Shown piece after piece: positions 51,715-64,000 of a stretch of 64,000 nucleotides of DNA. The notes below the pieces were generated by a model. It ran no database searches. It saw only the letters and a list, made by a program, of their open reading frames with translations, and was not told where the DNA came from. The DNA comes from Stegostoma tigrinum (Eukaryota). The DNA is taken from positions 51,886,481-51,950,480 of the forward strand of contig NC_081365.1 in NCBI RefSeq assembly GCF_030684315.1, given 5' to 3'. Each line of letters opens with the position of its first letter. The first letter of the stretch is position 1. Both the position numbers and the translations under genes were made by a program.

Positions 51715-53214
51715 CTGGGATGTGCGGGAGTGGAATGTCTTTAAGACTCACTCTGTCAGCTCCCGAGTGACAAGTGAGCAAACCCCGGGGACGGGCCCCG
51801 CTGATAATGATGACAACAAAGCCTCAAATAACACCAGTATCATCTGGTCTTGGGCTGTGGTGATACTAGGAATGGAAGTGTTCAAACAAGTACAGCTCAA
51901 GAAACTGGAGATTAATCCAGGCAGTATGTTGAGTTCGATACTAAATGACTGTCCTAAGCAATGGAGTTGTCAGGGTCAGCACAAATCTATTGAACAATTA
52001 AATGATTATTTAGGGGCCAGCCGTCATCCAATAGCCCTGCACAATTGGGTTGCTCAATCTCAGTATGAAAGTTATCAACTGCAACATTTCAAAACGTCTG
52101 TATAGACAAAGAAATTGATGACAGATGTAAATCACAATATAGTGATTGTTTGATAAAGCAATTTTCAGAAATCCCTCTCCTGATTGCCTGGACATCATAC
52201 TTTTGATGTTGAAAGCATGTTATCCTCTTATTGCAAGAGCAGCTAATTTTTTGTGTGTGTGTGTATGTTATTCACAGTGCTTCAGTTTTATGACCAAACT
52301 TTCACATTTAAATACTGAATACAATGAAAATGGTGTACAGCTAGATGTATCCAGTTAGCAATCTCTGAACATAAAAAAAAGCCTATTTTTAGTTTGGAAC
52401 ATGTCAATAATGATTGCTGCTACCCATGACATGATGTAGCCCACAGTCAGGCTTTCCTGCTGCAGAATCCACTGCTGAAAGAAACTAACCTTAAGTTCCA
52501 ACCGTCGCATTGCAGCCACTGAGACAGCAGTTTGTTTGATCTTGATGACAGGCAAAGAGAGAGGAAAGACCAGTACTAAATGAATGCACATGAACATTTT
52601 TATTCAATATGGCATTTTGATTTATAAATTTGGTCTGGCCTGTTTATTTTGTCATGACTTTGTTCTGGCCAAGCACTGATTTATTCAGTCAATCATGGAG
52701 GACATGGAAATGTTGTTGAACAGGGAATTAGTGGGGAGTTTAGTGATTTTGTGGTTGGTTGAGTCAATCAAAAGCATCCTGGTCAGAAAGGGACGATGGT
52801 GGTTGCCTGCTCTTCCTCCTCTGCCTCCTCCTTGTCAGCTGGTCATTATATATATCTGGTGACAAAGGATATCTACTCATGATAGATTGGTTTCACACTT
52901 TGTGGCAGGCATGTGCTCTATTGCAATACTGTGGTATTCAAGGGCCAAGTTTGTCATTTGTCCCTCAGCTGGGAACAAAATGTATCAGATGACTCTACCT
53001 CACTTAGAATGTCCTCACTGAAATATATCACATGCAACAAGCACAGCTGCAACCACATAGCAGTGCAAGAACTGTACTGCCGTTAGCTATGAAGATAATT
53101 GTGGTAATTGTGGGTTCGGAAGCTGCTATCTGAGGAACCTTGAGAAATTTTGCATGGCACATTGTGCTCTGACAGTGTATTGGTGGAATGGGGAAGAGAG
53201 GGAGGGAGCGAGTG

Positions 53215-53470
53215 AATATTTGTTATATTGTATCAGTCAAGTGGGCTGTTTAATCTTGGATGGTATCTAGTGTCTTCTGTGTTGTTCGAGCTGCACCCAT
53301 CTAGGAAACTGGGGAGTCCTCCATCACACGATTTACTTGTGACTTGTGGGTGATGGACAAGCTTTGGGGAGTCAGTAGGTGAGGTGCTCAATGTAGTTGT
53401 CCTGGTCTCTAACTTGCTCTTGCAGTCACTGTATTTTAAAAAATAATCGAGTTCAATTACAAGCCATGGA
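53215..53470 (-). mobile_element. CR1/L2-group LINE fragment
   Basis: The reverse complement reads in pieces as QVTSKS.., 'SFLDGCSSNNTEDTRYHPR', the shifted frame of WMGAAxTTLKxLDTIQD. Confidence 0.65.
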
Positions 53471-53769
53471 AAATCTCTAACACGTTGATAAGCATCCTGC
53501 CACGATGGCAAGAATTCTGTCTCTATACCCAGAACTCTCTTTGAAAATATAATAAATTGCTCTCAATGTTGAGAAATGCCTCTCCTGATTTCTCATGCAA
53601 TTCTCTCACATTTTTGTCTGTAGCCTACTTCATTCAGGGTCCTGTGAGATTACCAAAAAGAGAAATGTTGAGAAAAGATGTTCTTCTCTTTGGCACAAGG
53701 ACCATCATTACCTCTTCAAAGCACTGAAGCAGTCACTTTCAGAAGCATCAAACTTGCAATTTTACACTC

Positions 53770-53865
53770 AAATAAAAGCAAAACACTGTTGGATGCTGGA
53801 CATCTGAAACAAAAACAGAAAATACTGGAGGAACTCAACAGATCTGATGGCATCAGTGGAGATAG
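53770..53865 (-). repeat. Penelope terminal-repeat fragment (third family, ribozyme part missing)
   Basis: ggatgctggacatctgaaacaaaaacagaaaatactggaggaactcaacagatctg matches 25430-25500. Confidence 0.65.
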
Positions 53866-54479
53866 TATTTCAAGTCCAGTAAAGTACCTGCGCTTAAATG
53901 AATTGCTTCCAGTTGTGGGTGGTCTGATGCAGTTTTGCTACAAATTCTGCTGCTTGTGTTTGACTTCCATTCCAAATCTGTTTTTAAATTTTCCAAATGC
54001 AACATCTCAGTATACCTGACTTCATCTTGTGTCATACTCCCTTCAAAATATTTGTTATTTTTACCCTCCCTTGGCTTCCATAAGAATTGATCTTTGAAAT
54101 TTGATTTGACAAATACAGACCCGTTCCCTTTGGGACTCTCATTTTTCCACCTATTTGCATACTATTATCTTCCATTGTCTTTCCCCCTCCGCGAAATTGT
54201 TACAGTGTATGCAAACTTAAACCTCCCGTCTATTTTGCTGCATTGATTTTCAGGTCTTCATTTCGGTGATCCCTCCCATTGGGTGCCCTGAGTAATGTGT
54301 CAATTTCACATTGTCAGGTGCTTCACCTCAGTGCCAATTGTTCTGACTACCTTCAAATCATATTCTATTACTTGCTAACTACATTTGTCATTTATTTGGA
54401 TTCAGAATCTACATATTGTTTTATTTTTTCCCCATGAACCTCCTTTCCTAGGAATTTGAGAGTATTCCATGGAAAGTAA

Positions 54480-56015
54480 TGGGGCTAAAAAGGGCCTGAC
54501 AAACTTCTCCCCAGAGAACTACAGGAGATGGCCACGGAGATATTGGGTGTGTTGATTGTGATCTGCTAAAATTCGGCAGATTCTGGAAGAGTCCTGGCAG
54601 ATGGAAGGTTTGTAAATGTAACCTCACTGTTATACTCATGAGGGAGAGAAAAAGATCTAGGAATTATAGACTAGTAGGCCAGGAGTAAGGAAAATGCTGC
54701 AGTCTGCCATGAAGGGTGTGGTGATAGGACTCTTAAAAATACTAAAAGTATAATGTAAAGTCACTACAAATATAAAAGGGAAGTTATATTTGACAAATCT
54801 ACTATAGTGTTTTAAGGAAGCAGTTAATAGAATAGATGATGGAAACTTAGTGGATGTGCTTTATTTGGATCTTTGGAAAGCCTTTGATAAGATCACATGT
54901 AAGAGGTTACTGCACAAAGTCAAACCACATAGGACTGATCATAAAATATACACATGGATTGCGAACTTTTCAGCAGACATGAAAAATAGAGTATGAATAA
55001 ATAGTTGTTTCCAAAGTGGAAGGCGTGAGCAAGTGGGTTATCACAGGCTCGTTGGCTGCAGGTATTCACTATTTATACAATGCTTCATTTGACGGAAATG
55101 TGAATTTCTAAGTTTACTGTTAGCATAAAACTATGAGTGAGTGGCGAGGAGGACATAAAGCGGCTTCAGAGTGATACAGAGAATTGAGACAGTGTGAAAA
55201 TATATGGCAGATACAGTATCTGTGGATAAGTATGAAGTTATGCACTTTGGTAGAAAAAAACAAAATGTCAGTATGTTATTTAAATTGTGATAAAAGTTGA
55301 AATATGAAGAGATCTTGTTGTCTTTGTATACCAGTCACTGAAAGAAATCTGCAACAAGCAGTTCGGTAGTCAAATGATGCGTTGGCTTTCATTCAAGATG
55401 GTTTCAGAGCAGAAACAAGGAATTGTCTTCTTGAACAGACTGGGACCTTGGTCAGGCCATACCCGGAATATTCTGTGCAGTCTGTGCCTCTCTACCGAAG
55501 AAAAGATATGGTGGCTATGTAAAGAATATTGCAAAGATTTAGTGGATTGATTCCCAAGAAAGCAAATTTGTCATATGAGGAGTGATTGTCTGATTGGACG
55601 AGCAGTCATTTGAGTTTTGTAGCATGAGAGGATGTTTCATTTCAAAAAATAAAGTTCCAACAGGAATTGATCGGATGTAAAGATGATGTTTCCTTGACTG
55701 GAGCATTCAAAAGCAGGGTTCATGTATCTCATGATACATGATAGGACACTTCAGAATTAGATGAGGAGAAATGCCTTCACTCAGAAGGTGGATAACCTGT
55801 GGAACTTTCTATCACAGATGGATCTGGAAGTAACGTCTCTGAATATATTAAAGAAAGAAATATATCGATTTTGAGAAAATAACAGTATCAAGGGATATGG
55901 AGAAAGAGTGTTATTATGCTGTATATAATATAACATCAGCCATATGATTGTGCTGAATAGCAGAGCATGGTTAAATAGACTGCATCTGCTTTTACTTGCT
56001 ACATTTCTATGTTTT
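54480..56015 (+). mobile_element. Old CR1 LINE ORF2 3' half
   Basis: NYRLV, tatttggatctttggaaagcctttgataag (YLDxxKAFDK), RPYPEY and LWNFL motifs; tail tttctatgtttt. Confidence 0.88.
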
Positions 56016-57120
56016 CTCTTTGGAGAAGGAACATCGTCACCTGCATATCAAATAGCTTCTCCTTTGGTTCTTCTTACAGGAGTCCTCAAATAGCCGAGTC
56101 TCACAGTTGTTCCCTTTACTGAGAAAACCTGTCGCACCCTTGCATTCAATGCCACCTCATAGACTTGGTGGGCTTACTGGCCTCTTTCCATGATGTAGTG
56201 ATTCTATGATTATATGATATTGATATTGTATGACACAAAGAATGTTATACCAGTATTTTAATGGAACTACTCCCATACCACAAACGTTAGAGTTGTAGAA
56301 ACTTTATTTATGTGCGCAATAATGGAATAGCCAAAGATGTGATGACAAGGGAAGCTGTTCAGAAAAAAATCCAATTTTTTTTCTTGTTAAAAATTACAAA
56401 ATGAAAATATACTACTGAACAAGTTATTTTCAATAGTCATAAAGAGGAAGCGTGCTTATTAAATGATTCCAGTGAAACCTGACAATTGTAAAATTAATTT
56501 ATATAGATAAGATGTGTTTCACATAGATTATGGCGTGCATATGTGTTGGGACATACATCTATATTGAGACATTTATACAAACCTACAATCACTGTGATGT
56601 AGCACAGAACTTAATAAGTCTTACAGAAGTATATATTAACGAACCTAATGTAAAATTACTTGCAAATATGTTCATATTTATTAACAGATTGGGAGAAATG
56701 CACTATTTACATTGCCTGAATGAATGTAAAATATTAGATATCAGCTTCCAGTCACATACTTTAACATTGACAGTATATTCATGGCAATGGGTTTGAAAAT
56801 TATAATAACTGGCAATGTTTGAGAGGATTTCAACCACAAATCTTAATATTTATTGGGATGTCCTCTTATTATCTTAAGTATATAGGGAATAAAATCAAGC
56901 CTTAATTGTTGTTGGGATAGATGATTAATGATGAGATATGGAGCAGTTTTGATGAACCAGCTAGTCTTTTTCTGCTTGTCAACATTGTATGTTCATAATT
57001 GATCTCAGCGCCCTCAGGCTAAATAATATTCAAATCAGCTAAAGTTTCATTGCGAATCGCAGTCCACACGCCCCAATTTGAAAGCATCATTCTTGACCAA
57101 GATGTGAATCAAGCTTAGCA

Positions 57121-57287
57121 TGATGTGTAGGTGCCAGTGTTGGGCTGAAGTTGACAAGGTTAAAAATCACACGACACCAGGTTATAGTCCGACAGTTTAA
57201 TTTGAAGACACAAGCTTTCAGAGTCTCAGCTTCTATGGTGCATTTCAGCTGACACCTGAACTATAACCTAGTGTCATGTGATTTTTG
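57121..57287. mobile_element. 167-bp Penelope terminal-repeat insertion with partial inversion, flanked by a 13-bp direct repeat
   Basis: atcaagcttagca at 57108-57120 and 57288-57300. 57121-57225 is the reverse complement of the 1225-1327 repeat; 57261-57287 is a sense piece of it. Confidence 0.8.
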
Positions 57288-57804
57288 ATCAAGCTTAGCA
57301 GTGAGAGTACCCACAGCCAGCCGTGACTTAATCTTTTATTTCCTTACTTAAGTGTAATTTCATTGAGTGTCATAACGGGTTTCCTCACGAGATTTATTGC
57401 TGTTTCTTACCAAGCTCGCCTCATTAACTGATCTGTCCCTACGGTTTATTCTCAGCTGATTTTAGCCCCATCTTACCATTTGCCTTTCCCAGCAGACACC
57501 AGATGTCTGCAGAAAGGCTTATGTTTTTGTTGCTTGCACTAAAGAGCCAGGGTGTGCAAAGAGGTGTCTGACAAAACCAACTATGCGAGAAGAACTGTGT
57601 CACTCAAAGGAGAAGTTTGAGCCTGCTTCTGTGGAAATGATGAAACACCCATTTCCAAATTATCACAGTTCTCACTTCAACCTGGGTGTCAGTATCATTC
57701 ATTGCATATCATTTTTAATTATTGGTAGTGAAGTTTTCTCTCCTTTGATCACTTTAGCCAAAGGAGCTATGGTAAATCCTCTGTATCCATGAGTTCACGA
57801 GTTG

Positions 57805-58125
57805 CTATGGATTCCCTACAGTGCAAAAAGAAGCCATTCAACCCATCAGGTCTGCACCTGTCCTCCAAAGTCCATCCCACCCAGATCCCTTAAGCTCCTA
57901 TTTGGGTTTTTAACAATGGCTAATACACCTGGACACTCTGGGCAATTTAGCATGACCAATCCACCTAACCTACCTATCTTTGGGCTGTAGAAGGAAACTG
58001 GAGCACCCATAGGAAACCCACACAGACTCAGGGAGAATGTGCAAACTCCGCACAGACAGTCACCAAAGGCTAGAATTTGGGCTGGTTTCGTGGTGCTGTG
58101 AGGAACTGAACCACAGTGCCACCCC
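57805..58125 (-). mobile_element. HE1 V-SINE, diverged
   Basis: gggagaatgtgcaaactccgcacagacagtc core and attccctacagtg tail. Confidence 0.88.
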
Positions 58126-58164
58126 ATTGTGCATTGGCCTATCCGCACCAAAAAGTGACAAAAT

Positions 58165-59070
58165 TCAAAATAGTGAATTGCATAGGTTTACTGGTCTCTG
58201 GGTGAAGGATTTTTTCATCAGCAGTTCTAAAAGTTTACCCCTTACCCTTCAACCACGACTTCTGGTTCTGGGCTCTCCCACCATCAAGAACATTGTTCCA
58301 AAATGTAACCTTTATAGTCCTGTTAAAATTTTACAGGTTACTGTGCAATCCCACCTTATTTTTCTAAACTCCACTGAATATAAGCCTAACCTAATCCTGT
58401 ATCACATGTCAGCTCTGACATCCCAGGAATAAATTGCTTCACTGCACACCCTCTGCAGCAAGAACATTCTTCCTCAGATGAGAAGGCCAAAACTGCATAA
58501 AATTTTCCAGATGTTGCCTCAACAGTGCCTTGTATAGTTGCAGCAAGTTTTCTACGTTCCTTCACATAAATCCACTCGCTTTGAAGGTCAAAATACAGTT
58601 TGCCCTCCTTATTGCCTGTCGCACCTGCACGCTTGCGTTCAGCGACTGGTGTGCAAGGACATGCAGGTCTCTTTGAACATTCACTTCTCAGAAGTTACGG
58701 CCATTCAAATAATAACCCAGCTTCCTGTTTTTGCTACCAAAATAGATAACATCACATTTATCCACACGATGCTGCATCTGCTGCGCACTTTCCCCACTCA
58801 CTTGTCTGAATCACACTGCAATGCCTCTGCATCCTCCGCCCCCCCCGCCACAGTTTATCATTCCAATCAGCTTTGTGTTATCTACAAGTTTAATTTCCTC
58901 ATTTAAATCATTGTTGATAACTGCTGTCCTAGTACCAATCCCGCAGTACTGCCTGCCATTCAGAAAAATACACAATTATTGCCTTGTCTTTGTTTCCTCC
59001 CTGCTGAATAATTTTCTATCCATCTCAATACACTAACCCCAATTCCATGTGCTTTAATTTTACACATTAA
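58165..59070 (-). mobile_element. Decayed CR1 RT/3' fragment
   Basis: Colinear with 34180-35120 (aaaactgca, ataacatcacatttatccaca, ccatgtgctttaatttt). Confidence 0.85.
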
Positions 59071-60244
59071 GCTGGAGCCTGAACACAGGAAAAAAAAGCA
59101 TGTGAAGGCAAACAGAAAAGTAACCTTTCATAAGACTGACACAATACAATTTATGGTGCTCAGACTACACCTGTCTTCTGAAGCTGGCCAGAAAATCAGA
59201 GAATATTTGTCTGGTTCATGGCTCAATTTAGCCAAAAAGTATAACTAGTTTACAGATTCATCTTTTAGACATTTATTCTGGCATTAAATAAAATGGCCTA
59301 AGTGCAACATATAGTTCTTTTCTCTCTGTTACATATTTGAAGTAAGAAACACTTTATTGTTCATAATACATGGAAGCACAATTATTCAATGTATTATGCA
59401 AAATTAGTGTGAAAATGCATTAATCTTTGGTGATAACGCAATTTCTACTCTTCAAAGGCAAAAGCTAAAAGAAAATTTTAAATTGCTACAGTAGAAAAAT
59501 GCATTAGCTGAAAAACAGCCTGTGTTATTGATAATGAACAAGTCAAAATGCTTAACTGAGTGAACAAAAAGATTCCATGACTGTGCTATACTATATATGG
59601 ATAATTATGAGGAAACCCCAGTATTTATGGCCCTGCCGTCTTCTAATAGGTGATAACAAATTTGCAACCAATTGTATTAAAGTTCATGAATCCAATATCA
59701 TTTAAATTTATACTTAATTTATACATTACTTTCACCCAACATCAATTTTTTTCTAAATGTGAATCTCAGCACTCTTAATGAATTCACCCACATGATGTTC
59801 AGTAATAAATGTGACTACGATTGAAAATAAGTTGTACTGCCAGAAAACTCCTGGTTATGCCTTTTATTTTTACTGACAATATCGTTTATTTTCTTCACTT
59901 CTTTCTTTTAGAATGAAGGAGTACATTTTCTGTGGTGTGTAATTTGGGACATCACCAGCAAACTGTGTGCAGGAAATTAACATCTGGAACAGCCCATTAG
60001 GTCCTCTGTTTCTTTTATGCATTCACAAGATCTGGAGGTCATGGCAAAGTCAAGACTTAATGCTCATTCCTAAATGCCCCTGCAAAGGTTGAGGTAGGTG
60101 GCATTTTTGACGACTGCCAAGCTTGCTCCCCTACTTCAGAGTCAGTTAAAAGTCACTCACCATTATTCAAGATCTGGAATCAGGTATATGCCAGTCCTGT
60201 CATCAATAGCAGATTCTACTTCTCAAGTGCATTATTTTTATTTT

Positions 60245-60578
60245 CCTTATTCATTAACTGTAAGAGGGCATCCTTGACCAGTCAGCATTTCTTGCCCATC
60301 CCTTACTGCCCAGAAGGCACTGAAGAACGAACCACAGTGTTGTGGATCTGAACTCACACATAGGCCACACTAGGTAAGGGTGGCAGTTTCCCTCCCTAAA
60401 GGACATTAGTGAACCTGGTGGGTTTTTCCAACAATCAACAATTAGATTTTTAATTCCAGATATTTTTACTGAATTCAAATTCCACCATCTGCCATGGTAG
60501 GATTCGAACTCCCCAGAAAGTTTTCTGGGTCGCTGGATTAACAGTTCAGTGATAATACCACTTGATCATCACCTCCCC
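60245..60578 (-). mobile_element. tRNA-derived SINE (non-HE1 family); further decayed copies at ~60015-60235 and ~60595-60750
   Basis: On the minus strand: B box gagttcgaatcc, A-box-like tgatcaagtgg, and a LINE-like tail ending tgaataa. Confidence 0.75.
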
Positions 60579-61762
60579 TCATTATTGAATCAGAGAGATT
60601 TTTCATGGTTACCATGACTGATGCATTCTACTCCAGCTGTGTATATTCATCAAATTTAAATTTCCTTATGTTGAGAGTTGAACTCATACTTATGACAAAA
60701 AAAACACAGGTCTCTGGCTTACTCGCCCATATCTTAACTACCATGCTACTGTTTCAAGTAAAAGATGCCTGAACATTTGCTTCTAATTTGGAAATGTAGA
60801 ATATGAAACATCTCTGGCTGTGTAATCCCTACTAAAGAGAAAGTGCATTGGACAGTCAAACTTTCATTCCAGGAATGGACGGAAAGTTGGCTACAAGGTT
60901 GTTGGGCCTGCCTTTCCCAGAAAGAACTTGAAGATCACAACAAGGTGCTGAGTGAAGAGTGAACTGTGAGAAAGGTCTCCTTTGTGATCGAGAACTTTAT
61001 CACACCTCATCAGCCACAATCCCTCATCCTCTGTGTATATTCCATGCCCCATTTCAATTCATGTCCCCATTCATCCCTTTCACTCTGTACATCTTCTGTG
61101 CCAACTTATGCCACTTGATCCACACATCCATGGCCTACTAAAGCTAATGTAATGTCAATCACATCAAGCTCCATAACATCTCATCCAGGATTGACCATGG
61201 GCACTCATCAGAACCTATGCCGAAATGAAATTATGTAATTTCCTCAGCTGTCATTTGATGAATGAACAACTACTTAACTTGTTACAAGAACACAAATTTG
61301 TATTTGTATTCTGATATAAAATACTTTGTAACTATATGGAGCTTTCAATGAATATTTCATCAGACAGGCACCCCACTGTGTTAGCAGGCAAAATTAAGTA
61401 GCATGTACTGATATTTCTTTAACGTCGCAAATAGGTTTTTTCTTTTTTAAAAAAATTATAGGCCAAAAGAATTAAATACCTTGACAAATTACTAGCTCCA
61501 ATGACAACTAGATAGTTCTATTGAGATTCATTCAGTTGCATTTGTAACAATTACAAAGTGCACACAAGCTCTTTGAGAGGGCAACCGAACTCATCCAAAA
61601 GACACATCACTTCTCCCAAAGTGTCACCCTACCTGCCCAAAATGGTCTCATATCTTTCCAAATAACATCAGCAGCTTTAGGCCTTTTCCTTAAAAATGTG
61701 AAGTCCATACGTTGTAAACCTCCCTGAATGAACAGTACAGCACCCTGACCAATTCAAATCTA

Positions 61763-61862
61763 TCTGAGATAAAACGGTGTGAAGCTGGATGAACATTGCA
61801 GGCCAATCAACATCAGAGGACCAGGAAAGCTGATGTTTCGGGTCGAGACCCTTCTTCAGAAA
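61763..61862 (-). repeat. ORF-free Penelope terminal-repeat unit with hammerhead motif
   Basis: Reverse complement CTGAAGA-A-GGGTC-tc-GACCC-GAAAC-ATC (61859-61832). Confidence 0.82.
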
Positions 61863-61874
61863 CATCTATCTGCC

Positions 61875-61995
61875 TTAAAGATAGTGGAATCGAGGGTTAT
61901 GGGGATAAAGCAGGAACAGCCATGATCATAATGAATAGTGGTACTGGCTTGAAGGGCCGAATGGCCTACTCCTGCATCTATTATCTATTGTTTAT
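61875..61995 (+). mobile_element. CR1 3' tail fragment
   Basis: gagggttatggggataaagcagg...ggcttgaagggccgaatggcctactcctgc. Confidence 0.8.
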
Positions 61996-64000
61996 TGACT
62001 AAAATAGAAATGTTTTTAGTATATTTCCATATCAATTATGGCTCAAATGCTCAGCAGCCTTTTCTCATGCTGCATAGATTGGTTTTCCTTTGTTCAAGTC
62101 TGTTTTGTGTGTCCTAGTTCAGATGAATGATTGTCAATGGCATAACTCACCTCATTACTGTTCAACTTCCTATCTTACCAAACATGCCAAACTAGATAGA
62201 TATCAAAAAAAACTTGACCTGGAAATCAGAGCAAGGATATGGTACATTCAGCTCACCACTTGCTCCAAAAGACCTCCACTTTGCAAATAATAAAAAAAAT
62301 CTCATTGCAGAATCCACAGATATCAGCCACATGCAGCCATTGTCCGTAGACATTAGAAACTGCCATTGTCAAACATTCATCTCCATTATGCTATCTCTCC
62401 GATACACCTGTAGGTCACTTTCGAAGTACAGGCTTACAGTTCAGAGCACAGTAGACTAGCATTGAATTGTTGCATCAAGTACATTTTGCAACCAGGGCAG
62501 TTACATGAGTTACACATTGGTGTCGACTGCATTTGAAGTTATCTCGCTTGCTGCATTAGTGCTTGCTCCCCCTGCCTATCTACATGCTCACAGTATCTAT
62601 ACTTTGGCGTGTCATGCCTTACCTTGTATTGGCCGTGCTTATTAATGTGTCAGTGCTTCAGCCTGAATCAAAGACCCTCATGCTTTTGTTTTAATGTGTT
62701 CTTTATTGCAGACAGGCTGCTTGCCTTGCTTGTCAGTAGGGATCTAATTAGGTTGGGGGTGGGTATGTGATCTTAAGGTACACCATACCACAACATCAAC
62801 ACCTGCAATATGTGTCAACTGCCAGCGCAGCAAATGCACAGAACATTTTATCGACCAAATGGCCAGGTCAAAAACTGTTTGGGCAAATCCTCAGTTCAGT
62901 CAAGGCATCCCAACACCTTCAATCACAGTCAAACTCCAGGGACTAGACCATGGCTGGTCATCTCTTAAATGCTCACAGACAGACTATGTCCTGGGAGTGG
63001 GCATCAGTGAGTCTTGTAGGGCCAACACAGGTAGCGAAGAGAAGTCTACCATCAATCAAGGAGTTACAAACAGGTCAAGATCTTGCCAGTGACAGCTAGA
63101 GGCTACTCATAAAAGTCAGTCAGAGCAAGTACAGTCCTGTGGATCTGTGCATTACAATGTTTTAAGAGGGTAACGGAGAGCCTGTAGGGTCAGTGCAGGG
63201 AATCATTTCCAAAATGGCTTGGGAGAGGGAAGCAGAGAGAGGATGGGGGACAAGGGGAATGTACAAGTGTCTGGGGGTATATACAACAGCATTAGAGGAC
63301 ATGTTGGGACAGACGATTGGGATTAGTGATTAGCAGTGATCACTGCTGTGGCTGCTACAGGGGGAATGGATGGAAAGTATGTTCACAATTAAGGCATAAT
63401 AGCTGGTTAAAGAGGCAGGGGAGACAGTCATAGGGAAAGTTCAATGATTCTCCACATGGTGGGAGAATAGGTGGAACTGGACTTTCAGTGGAGTACAAAA
63501 TACAAGATCATATGGATGCTCTGGGGAGGGGGGTGCGCAAGTAGTTACTTGGTGACCAGATAGACTCTGGTGCGAACAGTAACCACCATATGTTCCCTGC
63601 CATCACTTGCTATTCTCTAGATGTAATGTTTTACTAGAAAATGCCTGGGTCAACACCCAAGTGGAGGGCAGAGTAAATGTCAATTTGCTGGATAAATGCA
63701 CTAAAAGCACACTTTCTGACTTTAGGATATTAAAGGAACAAATAAATGATGCAGCTATTTGCAAATCTCGGCTATGTTTAATTTCCAATCATTTCATCAC
63801 CGATTCACAACGTATGCAAAGTAGAAGTGCTTAGGGGTCAGGTGGTGGTTAAAGCTGATTCACTTCACGCTACTGGTGTTTGCAAATTGAACATAGCCAT
63901 CAATGTGATTGCTGAAGTCAACAGTAATGGCTTAATAAAAGAGGCCAGTTCTGGCCAAAAACAAACCATGACTTGCGCAACTTCCAATTGATTCATCATC

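Larger units (their letters stand above)
50493..51738 (-). mobile_element. Young 5'-truncated Penelope-like element (RT missing)
   Basis: Open 289-aa frame with a GIY-YIG domain, CpG-rich, with a complete 3' terminal repeat. Confidence 0.96.

Noticed and set aside
51377-52105. 242-aa plus-strand ORF
   Set aside because: The first half is antisense to the Penelope ORF and the rest runs into flank with no recognisable motif.
62050-64000. Short ORFs and G-rich tracts at the window end
   Set aside because: Probably old repeat debris; no motif I can support.

Overview
Eukaryotic, repeat-dense intronic or intergenic DNA. The repeat repertoire (HE1/V-SINEs, CR1 LINEs with an esterase ORF1, Penelope-like elements) points to a cartilaginous fish, probably a shark; this is an inference. 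I recognise no intact host gene, and most listed ORFs are transposon fragments or their antisense shadows. The window holds one near-full-length but frameshifted CR1 LINE (41599-45860, minus) that appears to split a relic Myb/SANT exon of PIF/Harbinger type. It also has many 5'-truncated CR1 copies, five Penelope-like GIY-YIG fragments, two decayed Ty3/Gypsy pol relics on opposite strands, and several tRNA-derived SINEs. The most notable signal is about 13 copies, from three terminal-repeat families, of a minimal hammerhead-ribozyme motif (CUGANGA-A-stem II-GAAA-palindromic stem III). These occur at the ends of Penelope elements and as short ORF-free units, including a back-to-back palindrome and a unit flanked by a 13-bp direct repeat. 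Hammerheads in Penelope-like elements are a known phenomenon; independent mobility and catalytic activity of the short units here are untested. Family names come from motif recall, not database searches, and the boundaries of old repeats are approximate.
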